Position numbers and translations under genes: made by a program. A DNA stretch of 63,681 nucleotides, the filler included, from Saprolegnia diclina VS20 (Eukaryota), in NCBI RefSeq assembly GCF_000281045.1. It is 7 parts of 3 records of this genome, joined end to end, with 100 filler letters (N's around TTAATTAATTAA, not from the genome) between each part and the next. Parts side by side here need not be neighbours in the genome. Positions count along the whole stretch, not along the records: positions 19,178 to 41,229 come from NW_008246104.1; positions 41,330 to 43,797 come from NW_008246104.1; positions 43,898 to 55,848 come from NW_008246105.1; 4 more parts are not named here. One strand, given 5' to 3'. A model generated the notes under the pieces. That model saw only the letters and a list, made by a program, of their open reading frames with translations, did no database searches and was not told the DNA's origin. Below are positions 39,125 through 51,038 of the stretch, piece after piece; within the stretch, counting starts at the first letter, position 1, and each line of letters starts with the position of its first letter.

Positions 39125-40499
39125 ATGCAGTCGCTCCGCGTGCTCCTCCTGCTGGTCGTCCTCTGCGTCGCGGCCGTCGGCGCCAACGAGCAGCGCGTGG
39201 CCGTCGACCATGGCCCGTTGGCCTTCTTCGAAGTGGGCTACCTGCGCCATCTGCTAACGAGCCTCGCGCAAAAGGGCGGCGGCGGCGGCAAGCCTGCGCC
39301 TGCACCAGCGCCACGACCTGCACCAGCGCCAGCACCGCGTCCCGCGCCAGCTCCGGCACCAGGTCCGGCTCCTGGTCCTCGTCCAGGACCTGCGCCGGGC
39401 CCTGCGCCAGGTCCCGCCCCTGGTCCTCGCCCTGGTCCCGCACCCGGCCCGGCGCCGCGCCCTGTGCCCGCGCCAGTGCCCGCGACCGGTCCCCGCCCAA
39501 TTGCGCCGGCTGTACCCGCGAGCCAGCCGATGCCCAACCAAGGCATGCGCCCGATGCCACCGCCGATGATCTACACGCCTGTGCAGCCCGTCGTCTTCGT
39601 GCCCATGTACCGCCCGTACGCGTACTCGTACATGTATTTCCCNNNNNNNNNNNNNNNNNNNNNNNNNNNNNNNNNNNNNNNNNNNNNNNNNNNNNNNNNN
39701 NNNNNNNNNNNNNNNNNNNNNNNNNNNNNNNNNNNNNNNNNNNNNNNNNNNNNNNNNNNNNNNNNNNNNNNNNNNNNNNNNNNNNNNNNNNNNNNNNNNN
39801 NNNNNNNNNNNNNNNNNNNNNNNNNNNNNNNNNNNNNNNNNNNNNNNNNNNNNNNNNNNNNNNNNNNNNNNNNNNNNNNNNNNNNNNNNNNNNNNNNNNN
39901 NNNNNNNNNNNNNNNNNNNNNNNNNNNNNNNNNNNNNNNNNNNNNNNNNNNNNNNNNNNNNNNNNNNNNNNNNNNNNNNNNNNNNNNNNNNNNNNNNNNN
40001 NNNNNNNNNNNNNNNNNNNNNNNNNNNNNNNNNNNNNNNNNNNNNNNNNNNNNNNNNNNNNNNNNNNNNNNNNNNNNNNNNNNNNNNNNNNNNNNNNNNN
40101 NNNNNNNNNNNNNNNNNNNNNNNNNNNNNNNNNNNNNNNNNNNNNNNNNNNNNNNNNNNNNNNNNNNNNNNNNNNNNNNNNNNNNNNNNNNNNNNNNNNN
40201 NNNNNNNNNNNNNNNNNNNNNNNNNNNNNNNNNNNNNNNNNNNNNNNNNNNNNNNNNNNNNNGCGCTCGTCAAGGCCGGTGTGCTCTTTGAGACGACGCA
40301 GCTCTCGGTGCAGACGTCGCAGACGAGCGTCGATACGCTCAACAGCGACGGGTCGCTGGTTGTGGCGGCGGATCCGGGGACAGCAACCACAGCGCCAATC
40401 TCGGATGGCACGCTGGTGAGCGCTGGCGCGGTACTCTCGCCGTGGTCGAGTACGCTGCTGCTTGTCGCTGTCGTGCTTTTGAGCTGCCTAACGGGCTGA
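39125..40499 (+). CDS. Secreted Pro-rich surface protein, probably GPI-anchored (middle lies in a 620-N gap)
   Basis: Signal peptide MQSLRVLLLLVVLCVAAVGA and PAPAPR/PAPGPR repeats. The ORF after the gap ends SAGAVLSPWSSTLLLVAVVLLSCLTG*. Joining the two parts across the gap is inferred. Confidence 0.7.
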
Positions 40500-40735
40500 G
40501 CCCCATCCGACGCTATCATTATAACCTACTTTAGCTACCGAACGCATGTAAAGAGCTAGTTTTCTCAATCATCAACCTGGTACCATGGCGCCAGAGCATC
40601 TCAAACAACAAACGCAAGCTCAGGCAGGGAGCAGCTATGAATGTTCGAACCGGTCGTCGATTTCTTCGAAGCAGAACGAAGTCTGGCGTCGAACACTAGT
40701 ACGCTGGAACCCCAAGCGTCATCCTTGAACAAGCC

Positions 40736-41229
40736 ATGCCATCCGCACTGGTGACTCTCGTGCTGCTGGTCCTCGTCGCGATAAGCGCGTCCGCTGACGT
40801 ACCACCGCTCGAGTACAGTCCCTTGACCTTTGCCGGGCACGTGCGCCACCTGTTCGCAAGCCTCGCTAGCAAAGCTGGACGACCAGCGCCCAAGCCCGCG
40901 CCCCGACCGAATCCTCAACCTGCACCCCGACCCAACCCGCAACCTGCACCCCGACCCAACCCACAGCCAGCGCCCCGCCCCAACGCACAGCCCGCGCCCC
41001 GACCAAACCCGCAGCCAAACCCACAAGCCAACCCTCGTCCGGTCCCAGGCCCACGGCCCGCACCGATACCTGCCTCGGGGCCGCGCCCGATCCCGCCACC
41101 CGCTCCCGCGAGCCGGCCGATGCCCAACGCTGGTCCTCGCCCGATGCCACCGCCGATGATCTACACGCCGGTGCGCCCCGTCGTCTATGTGCCGGTCGTT
41201 CGCCCGTACACGTATCACTACGTCTACTA
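40736..41229 (+). CDS. Secreted Pro-rich protein, tandem paralog, truncated by gap
   Basis: Signal peptide MPSALVTLVLLVLVAISASA, PAPRPNPQ repeats and the shared block RPMPPPMIYTPV.PVV.VP..RPY.Y.Y. Confidence 0.8.
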
Positions 41230-41329
41230 NNNNNNNNNNNNNNNNNNNNNNNNNNNNNNNNNNNNNNNNNNNNTTAATTAATTAANNNNNNNNNNNNNNN
41301 NNNNNNNNNNNNNNNNNNNNNNNNNNNNN

Positions 41330-42038
41330 TGGTCTTGGGCCACGGCGTCGTCGGCGGGTACGCGCTCGTCTGGCACGAGAGGTTGTCGCCGGGCGAGACG
41401 CCGAGGAGGTCGCAGAACTTTTTGTAGCTCGCAATGCGCGTGATCTCCGACTGCTTGTTGGGCGGGTTCGGACCGCACTCGAGGCCGCCGTTGATGATGT
41501 ACGTCGTGTACGCAAAGCCGCCGGGCTGACCAACCACGTCGTGGATGTTGCCGTTCCACTTGTCGGCGTTCCAGAACCAGAACGCGCTCAGCCAGACGAG
41601 GTCCTTGTCCTTGGCGATCAAATCGGGGTTGCTCACAAAGTCCTTGCCAAACGCGTCGCCAAAGTCCTTGTAGTTGTAGTTCCACGAGAGCTGGATCGGA
41701 CCACGACCAAAGTACTGCTTCCCGGGTGCGCACGGGTACTGCTGGCTGGCTTGGCAGTACTCGTTCTTGTTGATCTCTTCGACGTACTGGAGGTCGCCCG
41801 ACTCGAGCGAGATCTGGCCGAGGAACGCCGCGACCTCGCGCTTGTCGACGTCGTCGTTGCCCGTGTTGGCAAAGGCCGGGTACTTTTGGGACATGGCAAT
41901 CATGTTTTCGTACTGGTAGATGGGCAGCGCGTTCGGGAAGAGCTTCTGGAACGTGGCCTTGGAGAGGATCGTGTCGAGGCCCTTGGCGTCGACCATGGAC
42001 GCCAAGAGGAGACCGACAGCGACAATGTTATGCATCAT
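41330..42038 (-). CDS. Secreted GH19 chitinase, C-terminus lost in gap
   Basis: Signal peptide, KREVAAFLGQISLESG, YVEE, YFGRGPIQLSWNYNY, SAFWFW and IINGGLEC; ends in a Pro/Thr linker. Confidence 0.93.
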
Positions 42039-42053
42039 GTTGGTGTTGGGACT

Positions 42054-42069
42054 GCAAATTCAGAAATGA
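42054..42069 (-). promoter_or_regulatory. INR-FPR core promoter (TCATTTCTGAATTTGC)
   Basis: Close match to the oomycete consensus 15 bp upstream of the chitinase ATG. Confidence 0.65.
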
Positions 42070-44088
42070 GCTCGAGACGCGCGCAAGAGCAAGCGGCTAC
42101 ACACAGTGAGGCCATGCGCACGGCGACTGTCCGGTTCGCGTTCGAACACAGATGGTGTACCACCGCCTCGAGACCGTATAGGCCTGGCCCACATACAAAT
42201 CTCTACTACACCCAGTGCATTGTCGGCGTGTTGTGACATACAACACGTCGGCAGTGCCCAGAGGCACATATATGAGCCATAAGAGTCCGTGTGACCGCAT
42301 TGATGGTCGACATGATCCTGAGAAGCAGATGTCATGCCCATCGGAACTGATACCGTTCTCGCGGAAGCTCCAGCAAAACGCTAACTTGGCAACAGTCATT
42401 TTTGTCATTGGCTACATGGCATCGCGCATTGGGGCTGCCTTTTCAGATCTGAGCCCGTCCACATCTGGTCAAGAGCCAGGAGCGGTCACATCATAGATAC
42501 AAGGTATATTGGCAGACTAATCGTGCATTCGGCTTCGAGTTCGATTCCATGGTCAGAAGCTNNNNNNNNNNNNNNNNNNNNNNNNNNNNNNNNNNNNNNN
42601 NNNNNNNNNNNNNNNNNNNNNNNNNNNNNNNNNNNNNNNNNNNNNNNNNNNNNNNNNNNNNNNNNNNNNNNNNNNNNNNNNNNNNNNNNNNNNNNNNNNN
42701 NNNNNNNNNNNNNNNNNNNNNNNNNNNNNNNNNNNNNNNNNNNNNNNNNNNNNNNNNNNNNNNNNNNNNNNNNNNNNNNNNNNNNNNNNNNNNNNNNNNN
42801 NNNNNNNNNNNNNNNNNNNNNNNNNNNNNNNNNNNNNNNNNNNNNNNNNNNNNNNNNNNNNNNNNNNNNNNNNNNNNNNNNNNNNNNNNNNNNNNNNNNN
42901 NNNNNNNNNNNNNNNNNNNNNNNNNNNNNNNNNNNNNNNNNNNNNNNNNNNNNNNNNNNNNNNNNNNNNNNNNNNNNNNNNNNNNNNNNNNNNNNNNNNN
43001 NNNNNNNNNNNNNNNNNNNNNNNNNNNNNNNNNNNNNNNNACGGACAAGCCGACGAAGAAGCCGACGCCGACCGACAAGCCGTCGACCAAGCCTACGCCT
43101 TTTCAGATCTGAGCCCGTCCACATCTGGTCAAGAGCCAGGAGCGGTCACATCATAGATACAAGGTATATTGGCAGACTAATTGTGCATTCGGCTTCGAGT
43201 TCGATTCCATGGTCAGAAGCTCGCAAAATGTGTCTGGTCGTGAAAGCACAGTCATCTCTCAAGTGATCGCATTGCCGTGTTTGGTTTCGCTGCTACTTGG
43301 AGTCGAGCGAATCGACGGCTGGGTGGGTACTGAGCTCCAAAATCTGGCGCGACAACTACGTCGTACTAGTAGCATCCAAGTGCGAGAACGTCATGGTCGG
43401 CACCGGATCGGGCAAGAAGTTGGCCTGCACCGACGTAACTGAACTCTTGGGCGCCGCCGTAATGCGCTCCTGGAGCGCACCGAGATCCGTCGCCAGCGTC
43501 AGGGTTAGTGCACACACGATCGACCTGGTGCATTTCTTTAAGCGTTCTCCGAGTCGTTCTGCTCTTTTTCCTCCGATGTGAGTCCTATCAACAAATCATA
43601 TCAGCCGAACCTTCTAAATCAACAACGAGAACACGTCGCAAACTTAGTCCTTTGACGGCGAGTAACCCGGAAGCCTACTTGATTAGTGTACTTAAAAGCG
43701 GAACAATGAGGTGCCACTGAATGGAGACGAGATTGTGGTCAGGGGTAGGCGTTTTTGCACGAGGTTTTGGTGAGAAGGTTGCTTGAGCGTACAAGCTNNN
43801 NNNNNNNNNNNNNNNNNNNNNNNNNNNNNNNNNNNNNNNNNTTAATTAATTAANNNNNNNNNNNNNNNNNNNNNNNNNNNNNNNNNNNNNNNNNNNNGGT
43901 TGAAGCCGCTGCAACGTTGAATGCGGGAGCGATATGAAATAGTGTATGGCTTCGAAATTATTTTTAAAATTATATACCCAAGCAGGTGCGTGTTCCAAGC
44001 TTGGAGCAGTGATATGCATCCATCATCGCAATGTAATTTTAATAAAAATAGCACCGCGTCCCAACCGGCAGAGTCCGCATCATTGAGC

Positions 44089-46218
44089 ATGGTGACCCTG
44101 AGCCGCGTGGTCGTACTCGCGGGCCTGCTCGCCGTCGCCGCTGCCGAGGGCCTCCTCCGCATCCCGCTCCAGCGCAAGCCCAAGGCGCCGTCGGCCGCAC
44201 CCGTCGGTCTGAACCCGTCGGACCTCCTCTCGGCGAGCGCGGTCTTGGCCGCTGGCTACGTCCCGCTGACCAACTATGTCGAGTTTCAGTTTTACGGCGA
44301 GATTAGCATTGGCACGCCGCCGCAGAAGCTCCAAGTGTGCTTTGACACGGGCAGCTCCGACCTCTGGGTGCCGGCGAACGAGTGCGACCACTGCGCGGGT
44401 ACGCACCGCTATGCGCGCAACGAGTCGTCGACATTTGAGCTCGCGGCCGACCCGAACTTTACGGTCGCGTACGGCAGCGGCGGTGCGCGTGGCATTGCCG
44501 GCACTGAGACGATCTCCATCGGTGGGTTCTCGGCGTCTGAGGTGCCCTTTGGCGTCGTCCAACACGAGCAAGCGTCGCTCTCCAACATGAAGGCCGACGG
44601 TCTCCTCGGGCTCGCATTCGACGGCCTCGCAACGATTAGCCATCCGCCCGCGTTCATGCTGCTCGTGCTCCAGAACGCCAACCTCGCGCCGCAGTTTTCT
44701 TTCTACTTGACGCCCGAGCCCAATCAAGAGGGCTCAATGCTGCTTTTGGGCGGCGGCGACCCGAGCTGGCTCGACGGCGCCTCGTACATGACCTTCGACG
44801 TCGTGCCGCAGTACGGCTACTGGACGTTCTGGCGCGTCCAAGTCCACAGTCTTCTCATCGGCAACCGGCTCAACGCGTGCGATGCCGGCTGCATCGCCTT
44901 TATCGACACGGGCACGTCGCTCCTCGGCGTGCCTGCGCCGCTCTACGCCGGCGTTCTCGACGCGATCGCGCAGTATGCGACCCGCGCCGGCTGCTACTGC
45001 ATGCTTACGGCGTACGGATACCAGTGCTACATGTGCTCGGCCTCGAATTTCCCGCCCTTGCGCATCGGCTTTGGCGGCAGCGGGTACTTTGTCTTGACGG
45101 GCGAAGACTATGCGCTGTGCATGGGGGCGACGTGCCTCATTCTACTGCAGCCGTCCGGCCAAGACATGTGGACGATCGGCGACGTGTTTCTCAAAAAGTT
45201 CAAGTCGCTCTACGACGTGCGCAAGCGAACCGTGGCGTTTCTGTGCCCGGACGACTCGCCCGAGATTTGCGGCCCGGAGCGCGACGACGTGACGCCAAGA
45301 GCGTTCCTCGACAATATGAGTCTCAGTGCCATGGACGCGCACACCATCCTCATCCTCTTTGTCACGGGGTGCTCGATCCTCGGCAGCGTCTTCATCGTGC
45401 TCACGTATTTCATGTACCCGATGCTCCAATCGAAGCGCGTCCTCGTGCTTCTCTACTACCTCAGCCTCTGCCATCTCGTGTACAATGGCACGCTCTGGGT
45501 CAGCGCGCTCTTTCAGTACTCAAGTGGCTCGGCCGGGTGTAGTCTGCAGCTCGTGCTTCAGCAGTTTGCCGGCGTCGGCACGCTTCTTCTCTCGGCCGTC
45601 ATTAGCATTGAGCTCCTCCGCGCAGTCCGTGGCTGGCAGAGCCACACGAAGGACTACTCGGCCGTCTACCACTCGGTCATTTGGGTCATCTGCACGCTCT
45701 GTGGCTGCGTGACCATCTGGACGGGCGTCCTCGGCTATGTGCCCGACGCGTACGGCCCGAGTCGGTACGAACTGCTCGCTCGCCGGTCGTGACGATACTG
45801 ATGCTGGTCCATTAGGGCGTGCTGGGCCGAGCATACGCCAGCGTGGGGCCGCGTGACGTTCTTCTACGTACCGGTCGTGTGCACGCTGCTACTGTCGCTC
45901 TATGCCGTGTTCGCCGCCTTGCACCGGCTCCAGAGCACCAACTTGATCCAAACCGAGTCGGGTCGCCGGAGTTCGCGGCTTCTTGTGTCGTATGTGAGCG
46001 TGCTCGCCATCTCACTCGTCGTGCCGACCGTCGTCGGCGTTCTCTCGCTCTACATGACGATTCCCGAGAGTCTCTCATTTGTGAGCGAGCTCTGCTTCTA
46101 CTCGCAAGGGCTCCTCCACGGCTTTGTGTGGGCGTGCAGCCCGTCGTTCCAGCAAGCGTATGCCCAGCGCTACTACATGATGGGCGACGAAGAGGTCGCT
46201 TGCTTGGTGACCGAGTAA
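44089..46218 (+). CDS. Aspartic protease (pepsin A1)-7TM GPCR-like fusion (AP-GPCR); intron 45765-45815
   Basis: Signal peptide, FDTGSSDLWV and IDTGTS catalytic motifs, YGSG flap, DGLLGL and IGDVFLK, followed in frame by seven hydrophobic helices (CSILGSVFIVLTY, C.LQ...QF, ACW, FFYVP, SQGLLHGFVW). Confidence 0.9.
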
Positions 46219-48113
46219 GCGACCAAGTGTCGCTGTTGTCCATACGAAAACGCTGCTACGCTAATAGAAGTCGTCTCCTAATTGCTCGTGGTCTTTGACT
46301 TCGTGGTGGCGTCGTTTCGAGTTCCGAGTGGCAACCTCGTACTGCACAGGTAGTCCTCGGTTGTCTTGTTCTTATAGGTCTTATTGCTCGAATTGATGGC
46401 TGGTCACGGAAAGCGCCGTACTACTGGTACCTTGACTGCACTATCATATTCTATTTGCGCTTTGGCCGTGACGACACCCAATCGTGACCGACAAGAAACG
46501 ACATGGGCGATGTGCCACATGGTTGGACGCGGAGAGATGAGCCTTGCCCTCGGAACCGCAGTTGGGACAACGGGACGGCGCCATGGCAATGGTCCACCTG
46601 CCGATAGCGGTGCGGCACGCGCATAAATGTGGCTTGGGAGACAAGATGTCGAGCGATTTGCGTCCTACTGAAATCGCCATGTCGCACGCCTCACGAGTGG
46701 CGTCGGCTCTAGTGCTCCGCCTTCGACAACGAAGTTGTCCCGTCTACCAATGGTACTTGGATTGGCGATCGCGTCGTGGGCTGTCTTGGCGTCCGTAGCA
46801 TGGCCTGTCTCGTTGACGCAACCGTTCCTGGCTCGTGCGTCGGGGACAAGAAGACTGGGAGTTTAAACTGCTTCTGGCAGTTGACATCAGGCGTTCGTTG
46901 GCCTGCGGCGACGATAGGACGGTCAAAGTCACCACCTTGGCATAGTGGGTGATCCAAAGTAGCCACGTCGACGGGAGAGACGTGAAGATTCTTGTGCCGT
47001 CGATGGGCACACGCCGCGTTATTGCGTGCATCAAGTCGTCTCCATTGATGGAGATCTAGTCACCGTTTACTCGCTAAACTCTGCAGACGAGGCATTCTAG
47101 GAGCGCTGCAAATGTGTCGTTGACAACTTGTCTCGGTAGCCATCGCAATCGAGACGTGTGACGTCACGTGGGTGCCGGACAACAGCTGCGTAACGAGCAT
47201 ACCCGACTCCGCTGGGAGCGCGAGGAGGAATGCTGGCCCGTGCTATGTCTGTCCATCGGTCTGCTGCCTCCGCTCTAGGCGAGATCAAGGACCGCAGTCG
47301 ACGGTGTTTGGGCAGTCACCCAATGCTTCGTCCATGGGAGCCTGCGCCTGTACCGCCAAGTCTGGTTCCACGACGTCGCTGGACAGCCTCGTCGTACGTA
47401 CTGTACCCAAGGCGCACGGCCAATTCATCGTGTCTTTGGTGCTGAAAAGGGACGCGACTGCTGCCGTCAGCGATGCGTCGCCGCTGGATCGAGGCAACAC
47501 GGACGACATTTCCATACACTGTACGAGGATACAGCTGTATCCATAGGCGCGGATTTTTTGCTGGCTCTTCTTGGAGGCGCAAGGACAGTCGAGCAGCAGT
47601 ACATGATGTCATAGCAACTTCTAACCCTCCCGCGCCGGAGGATGCGTGTGTCCCGCTCGGCTTTCTAATATCAGCCTAAAAATGAAGGCGTCGCGTCGGT
47701 CGTCGAGGACCGTTCGATGCAACCATCTGATTCTTCATACCAAGATTCGTGGCGTGGAGCGACGGTCGCACAGACAGGACAACATGTGTTGCATCGACCA
47801 GGCGATGTGTCGACCCCATGCCCAAGCACGTTCATACGAGCGGATATGCCGGCTCATGGTGCACCACAGAAGAGGCCACTTCGCTCCTACCACGATATGT
47901 ACACCCGAAAACACAATGTCGGCGTCCTTGGTACTGCGTCTAAGCCCGTGGTGATATATCCCGTCGCGTCTCCTCTCTACGCGTACAGTGTTTCTGTCGT
48001 GGTGTTGTGGGCACTCGAGGCCCGCCTGTCGGCGGCGTCGTTGCCGTGTGTCAGCTCGTGTCTTTTCCCCCGCTTGGTGCGACGGCTCTCATTGCCGCTT
48101 TTGCCCTATTGCC

Positions 48114-49247
48114 ATGACAAAGTACGAATACTACCTCGGCGCGCTGGGCCTTGTCGCGGGCCTCTCGCTCTACGTCGGCCTCCGGGCGCCGTCGATGCGC
48201 ACGCTCCTGCTGACGTGCCTTGCGTGGATCAAGGGCGTCCCGATCGTGTGGGTCGACTCGCCGGCACTGGCCGCCAAAGTGCTCAAGGCGTCGACGTACA
48301 AGGGTGTCTTTATCGAGCGCGTCTACGGTGAGCCCGCGTGGTTCCCGATCGTGTCGCTCGAGTCGGTGGACGACCCGCAATGGAGCCGCATGAAGGCCAA
48401 CCTGATGCATCTCATGAAGAAGCTGCCGTCGTCGCAGGCGCTGCAGACCATCACGGCTCGGATCACCGACAAGTACCTCGCCGAGCACGAGATTCTGGAC
48501 TCGAACGGCGTCGTGTACATCACGGTCGCTGCGTTCTACGAGTGGATCTTTGCCAAGGCGTTCCCGGACGACGCGAAGTTTGTGTGCGACTCGACGTGGG
48601 AGTGGCGCAAGGAGCTTGCGCTCAAGGGCAAGGGCGACATGGCGCTCAAACAACGCGTCGTCGAGTGGACGGTCGAGCAAGTCAAGGCCACGCCGGCGAT
48701 TTATGAAATTTTTGGCGAAAAGTGGGCCGAGCCCGAGTACTTTTCGCTTTTGCTCCAACCCTTCTTCCTCTCGCCCGCGATCAACGTCTCGGACGTCGCC
48801 GTCACCATGGGGTCGCTCGCGCGCCGGGAGATGCTCGACGAGAACCTTGGCGACACGATCAACAAGGCACTCGACATGGCGCATCCGTTTGTGATTGCCG
48901 AGCGCTTCTTGGAGCACGGCCTCGAGACGGACGACATCAAGATCGCGCCCGGCACGCAGGTCTTTATCCCGATGGACTACATGACGACAGACAATGTGAT
49001 TCGGTTCGGCGCGGGTGCGCGCAAGTGCCCCGGGCAGTTCCAGGGCACGGCGCTCATGCTCGGCCTCTTTCAAAAGCACGTGCTGGAAAGCCCCAAGTTT
49101 CAACCAGCGCTCAACCACAAGTACTCGGGGCGCGACCAAGACGGCCAAGAGACGTTCTCGGAGCTCGTGTACCAGGCGTACGTCATTGGCGCGTCGTTCT
49201 ATGATGCGATCGTGACGGCGCTCTCGCCGGTCAAGACCGCAGCCTAG
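48114..49247 (+). CDS. Atypical short cytochrome P450 (377 aa), intronless
   Basis: N-terminal TM anchor, IAPGTQVFI strand and heme motif FGAGARKCPG; INR-FPR-like TCATTGCCGCTTTTGC at 48089-48104. Confidence 0.8.
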   Translation: MTKYEYYLGALGLVAGLSLYVGLRAPSMRTLLLTCLAWIKGVPIVWVDSPALAAKVLKASTYKGVFIERVYGEPAWFPIVSLESVDDPQWSRMKANLMHLMKKLPSSQALQTITARITDKYLAEHEILDSNGVVYITVAAFYEWIFAKAFPDDAKFVCDSTWEWRKELALKGKGDMALKQRVVEWTVEQVKATPAIYEIFGEKWAEPEYFSLLLQPFFLSPAINVSDVAVTMGSLARREMLDENLGDTINKALDMAHPFVIAERFLEHGLETDDIKIAPGTQVFIPMDYMTTDNVIRFGAGARKCPGQFQGTALMLGLFQKHVLESPKFQPALNHKYSGRDQDGQETFSELVYQAYVIGASFYDAIVTALSPVKTAA

Positions 49248-51038
49248 TTGTCATCTTCTTTGTAACTCTAATCCAGTCGTCGTGCTAATAACATACTGTG
49301 CGCTGTCCACGCCACTGACATAGCGATTGCTTTCTTCGGTTGCTGCTTTTCGAGACGTCAAGAGTCCTGTTCTAGGCATTTGGCATGCTTGTGGTAAGCG
49401 AATCACGTGTCACTTGAGTTGGGCTTGGGATGCCAAGACCCTTCACAATCATAATCTTGCACGCCTAGTTGAATGACGCCAAGAGCCCCGGCGCAAGCTC
49501 CCGACGTCAACTCATTGGCGGTACTTGAGAATCCAAAGAGCTCAAAGCCAAACTGTTGAATTGGGCAGCACCGTCCAACTTCAAAGAATTCCAACTTTGT
49601 ACTTTTCCTACGACGACGCTCTGCCTCGCTAGTCTAGGTATACGATGAGGCGACTTCGGCAAGAGTCTTGGTGCTAAACCACAGTCCGACCACGCTAGCG
49701 ACTTTAGCGTTGGACGACCACAAAACGACCAGAACTGTTGACATGAGGCCTGGTCCACCCCACTCCCGACAACAAATCTGTATTACTCATTCATTTGCTA
49801 TAATACACAGTGCGTTGTTCTGTGATCATCCGCTGCCCTCGCACGCTTACCCAAGCTATTCTCGTTAGATCGTTGCACAGAGTAAGCATCCCGCGCTTCT
49901 GGCCTAGAGCGATACCGTTGCGCCACGGCTGCAAGCCAGCTCTCATTGTGGCATCATCTCAAGGTGTTTATGCGCAGACCTTCAAGTTTGCTTTGCAAAA
50001 ACACTTGACGTAGGGTCATTTTAGCACTGCAAGCAGCAACCGTGATGGGTGAGATGCGTCCATCGCAGGCTGAAGATTGCGTGTTCGCCACCAATTTCAC
50101 CAGCACCCCTGCGGTACCGCCTCCAATTTGGTGCGCGATGGCGCCCAGTCCGATACCAAGCACTCGCTTGAAGACCACTCTGCACGCTGCAGTTGTAGTC
50201 AAGGTGCTGATATACATGTAGTGGCCAGTCCTTCCCGCCCTTTTACTGAAGTGCCAAGTAGCAAAGGCGCTGGTAAGTACCAATGCCTGCTAACGTTTTA
50301 CGCAGCGTTGAAAGGCCTAGCAAACTAGCACAAGAACTGCATACGTGACTGTTGCATCTGAGAATAATCAAGCGTGTCCTTCAGAGTTGACCCTGGGAGC
50401 TGTCCTCTGCCCTTGACGCCAAATGTGCTGCGTTTCGCCTCCTTGTCTCTCGCTTCAGGAATCCAAGCTAACTCATGTCGTGTTTTTGTTACACATACAG
50501 CCGCGTTGTCGGCAGCAGCAAATCAAATCCTTGTGCGTTGGCGATTGGTGGAGGCTGGACCAATCGTTGCGCCTGCGTTCGTGTACCCTTGACGGCAACC
50601 ATTGATTTTAAAGAGCACTTGCCTATCATGGACATGTCGCCATCAGCTTTTCCACCGGATCTCGGTACATCGAACGACCCCGCTTCAGATCGTACCCACC
50701 ACACGTTTCCACATTGGACCATCTGTCTGCGAGATTGCACTTTTGGATCTGCCAGCAGCCAATCCACATCGAGTGTGCGTATGATTGGACAAACATAAGC
50801 CAATCACGATAAATGTAGGGTATCTAATCTTTTGCAACGGATGTGCTGCAGTTCCTGCCGCACTACCACGTGGAGATAACCCACGTCCTCGTCCTACTCT
50901 ATGACAATAAACAACCTGCGACTAGGAGAGGTACCGCTGCCCTGTCTAAATGCAAGCAAAGCATCACACGTTGTGTGTGGTGGCGTATTCCCGGGCGTTC
51001 AATTCATTCACTTTGGTTTTTTCCTCTTTCCAGAGAGC

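Noticed and set aside
42437..43221. About 125-bp direct repeat (one SNP) around a gap, LTR-like, preceded by a short KPT-repeat coding fragment
   Set aside because: One copy ends at the gap edge, with no TG..CA ends, PBS or target duplication. Haplotype overlap or mis-join is more likely.
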